DNA of 64,000 nt from Vicugna vicugna (lineage: Eukaryota), in assembly GCA_013265495.1 (NCBI GenBank), contig MU058009.1, positions 1,366,001 to 1,430,000 on the forward strand, given 5' to 3'. A program made the translations under genes and the position numbers. A model generated the notes under the pieces. The model made no database searches. It had not been told where the DNA came from and saw nothing but the letters and a program-made list of their open reading frames with translations. Below, piece by piece: positions 62,787-64,000 of the stretch. Within the stretch, counting starts at the first letter, position 1; every line of letters starts with the position of its first letter.

Positions 62787-64000
62787 TTAAGGTCAGGAAT
62801 ACTCGGAAGCTCCCTTTAGTGAAATGCTCCAGCGGTAAGTAACAAGAGGAGAGCTACTGGTCAAACTCAACGTGCCTGCGCATTCACTTCATAGGAAATT
62901 TAGATTTAAAGCGTACACACACCAGCAGTGAAGCGGAGGGGCGCAGAATCACTGGTGGCAGCAAGTGAGAGGCCCGTAACAATCGCAACAGGAAGGTCAA
63001 GGCCGGAGGAAACCAAAAAGACCTCGCAAGCTGTGCTTGGAACAGGAGGATGAATGTGGAAGGTGACTAGTGGCGAATAATAACATAATGTCATCAGATG
63101 GCGGAGAAAAGGCAAAACTACAGGGGTAACATTTTGCCTCCAGAAAGATGAGACTTGAACTGAAAAAGGATACTTTAAAAATCAGCGAAAAGGATACAAA
63201 GTTTAAATTAGAGAGAAAAGAACTGAGGTGCATGTAGCCACTTTTAGCAGATTCATGCCTCCAGTAATTTCTTCCCAGAGAATAGAAAGCCTTTGAAGGT
63301 GTGATTGTCAAAATGCAGTCTGCGACCTTGTACACACTGCAGAAAATTAGGAAGTTCATAAAAGGTTAGTGATAGAGATGTCCTCTATTTCAAAAGAGGA
63401 AAAAAAACGGAATTCCACAGCAATAAGAGTTAACATCCGTCTCACAACACAGAAGCTACAGTTGAAGCCCTGTCCCCCTACCAGGACTGTAAATAGCTAT
63501 GGTGTTGAAAACAGTTTAAAAGGGAAAAATAACACATGCTAACAAGCCTGCCATCCTGACAGAATAAGCACTTCCAGTTTTGTCCATTCTTTCCCAGTTC
63601 TTGCCTACACAAATAGATACTTGTTTTGCATTTGCAGATAGCAGGCTTACATTTTAAAATATTGTCCTTTGATTTCCCAATATATGAGTATTTGTGTTTT
63701 TAAAATTTTTTTCAATGCCACAAGCACAATTTTAAATGAACATGTACTACGATATCATATACATATGTACTAACAAGTAGTCATTCATTTATTATTAAAC
63801 ACTTTTTGACTTTATACCTCACTCTGAAATAAATATTTAATGTATATAGTTTTTCTCTTAATTTCTTGGAAGAGTTTATTTGAACGCATTCCCCAAAATG
63901 AGTTTAGAAGATCAGAATTTGTAAACCCTATATGAATCCAGATATATGCTACAAAATTACACTGTAAGGGGATAATTTACTCTGACATCAGCACCACTTG

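Noticed and set aside
1..64000. CRISPR array, operon, numt or other novel multi-gene system
   Set aside because: No spaced direct-repeat array, no gene-dense or mitochondrial-like segment, and no intact long ORF. The composition is ordinary repeat-rich mammalian intergenic/intronic DNA.

Overview
Mammalian, almost certainly camelid (camel/alpaca-type), non-coding genomic DNA. The taxon call rests on four tRNA-Ala-derived Vic-1-type SINEs and several young L1 3' ends. I recognise no protein-coding gene. The only ORFs with recognisable protein similarity are decayed LINE-1 ORF2 fragments; the rest look like chance or microsatellite ORFs. Much of the window is interspersed repeat: L1 of several ages, L2, MIR, MaLR/ERVL/ERV1 solo LTRs, MER45, MER20 and Tigger2/MER8. 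The unique sequence holds an orphan CpG-island promoter (~24.9-25.8 kb), a smaller CpG-rich patch (~11.5 kb), candidate non-coding exons on both strands, and several TF-motif clusters. The best-supported unusual structures are: (1) a near-perfect 2,170-bp tandem duplication (52311-56650; 3 substitutions seen); (2) an apparent L1-mediated 3' transduction of ~320 bp of unique DNA into an MLT1A LTR, bounded by a 14-bp TSD showing reciprocal CpG decay (27417-28178); (3) four perfect AP-1 sites plus an NF-kB site within ~300 bp (10002-10294). I see no evidence of a novel multi-gene biological system. Repeat family names come from recalled consensus sequences, not a database search, and repeat boundaries are approximate unless a TSD/TIR is given.
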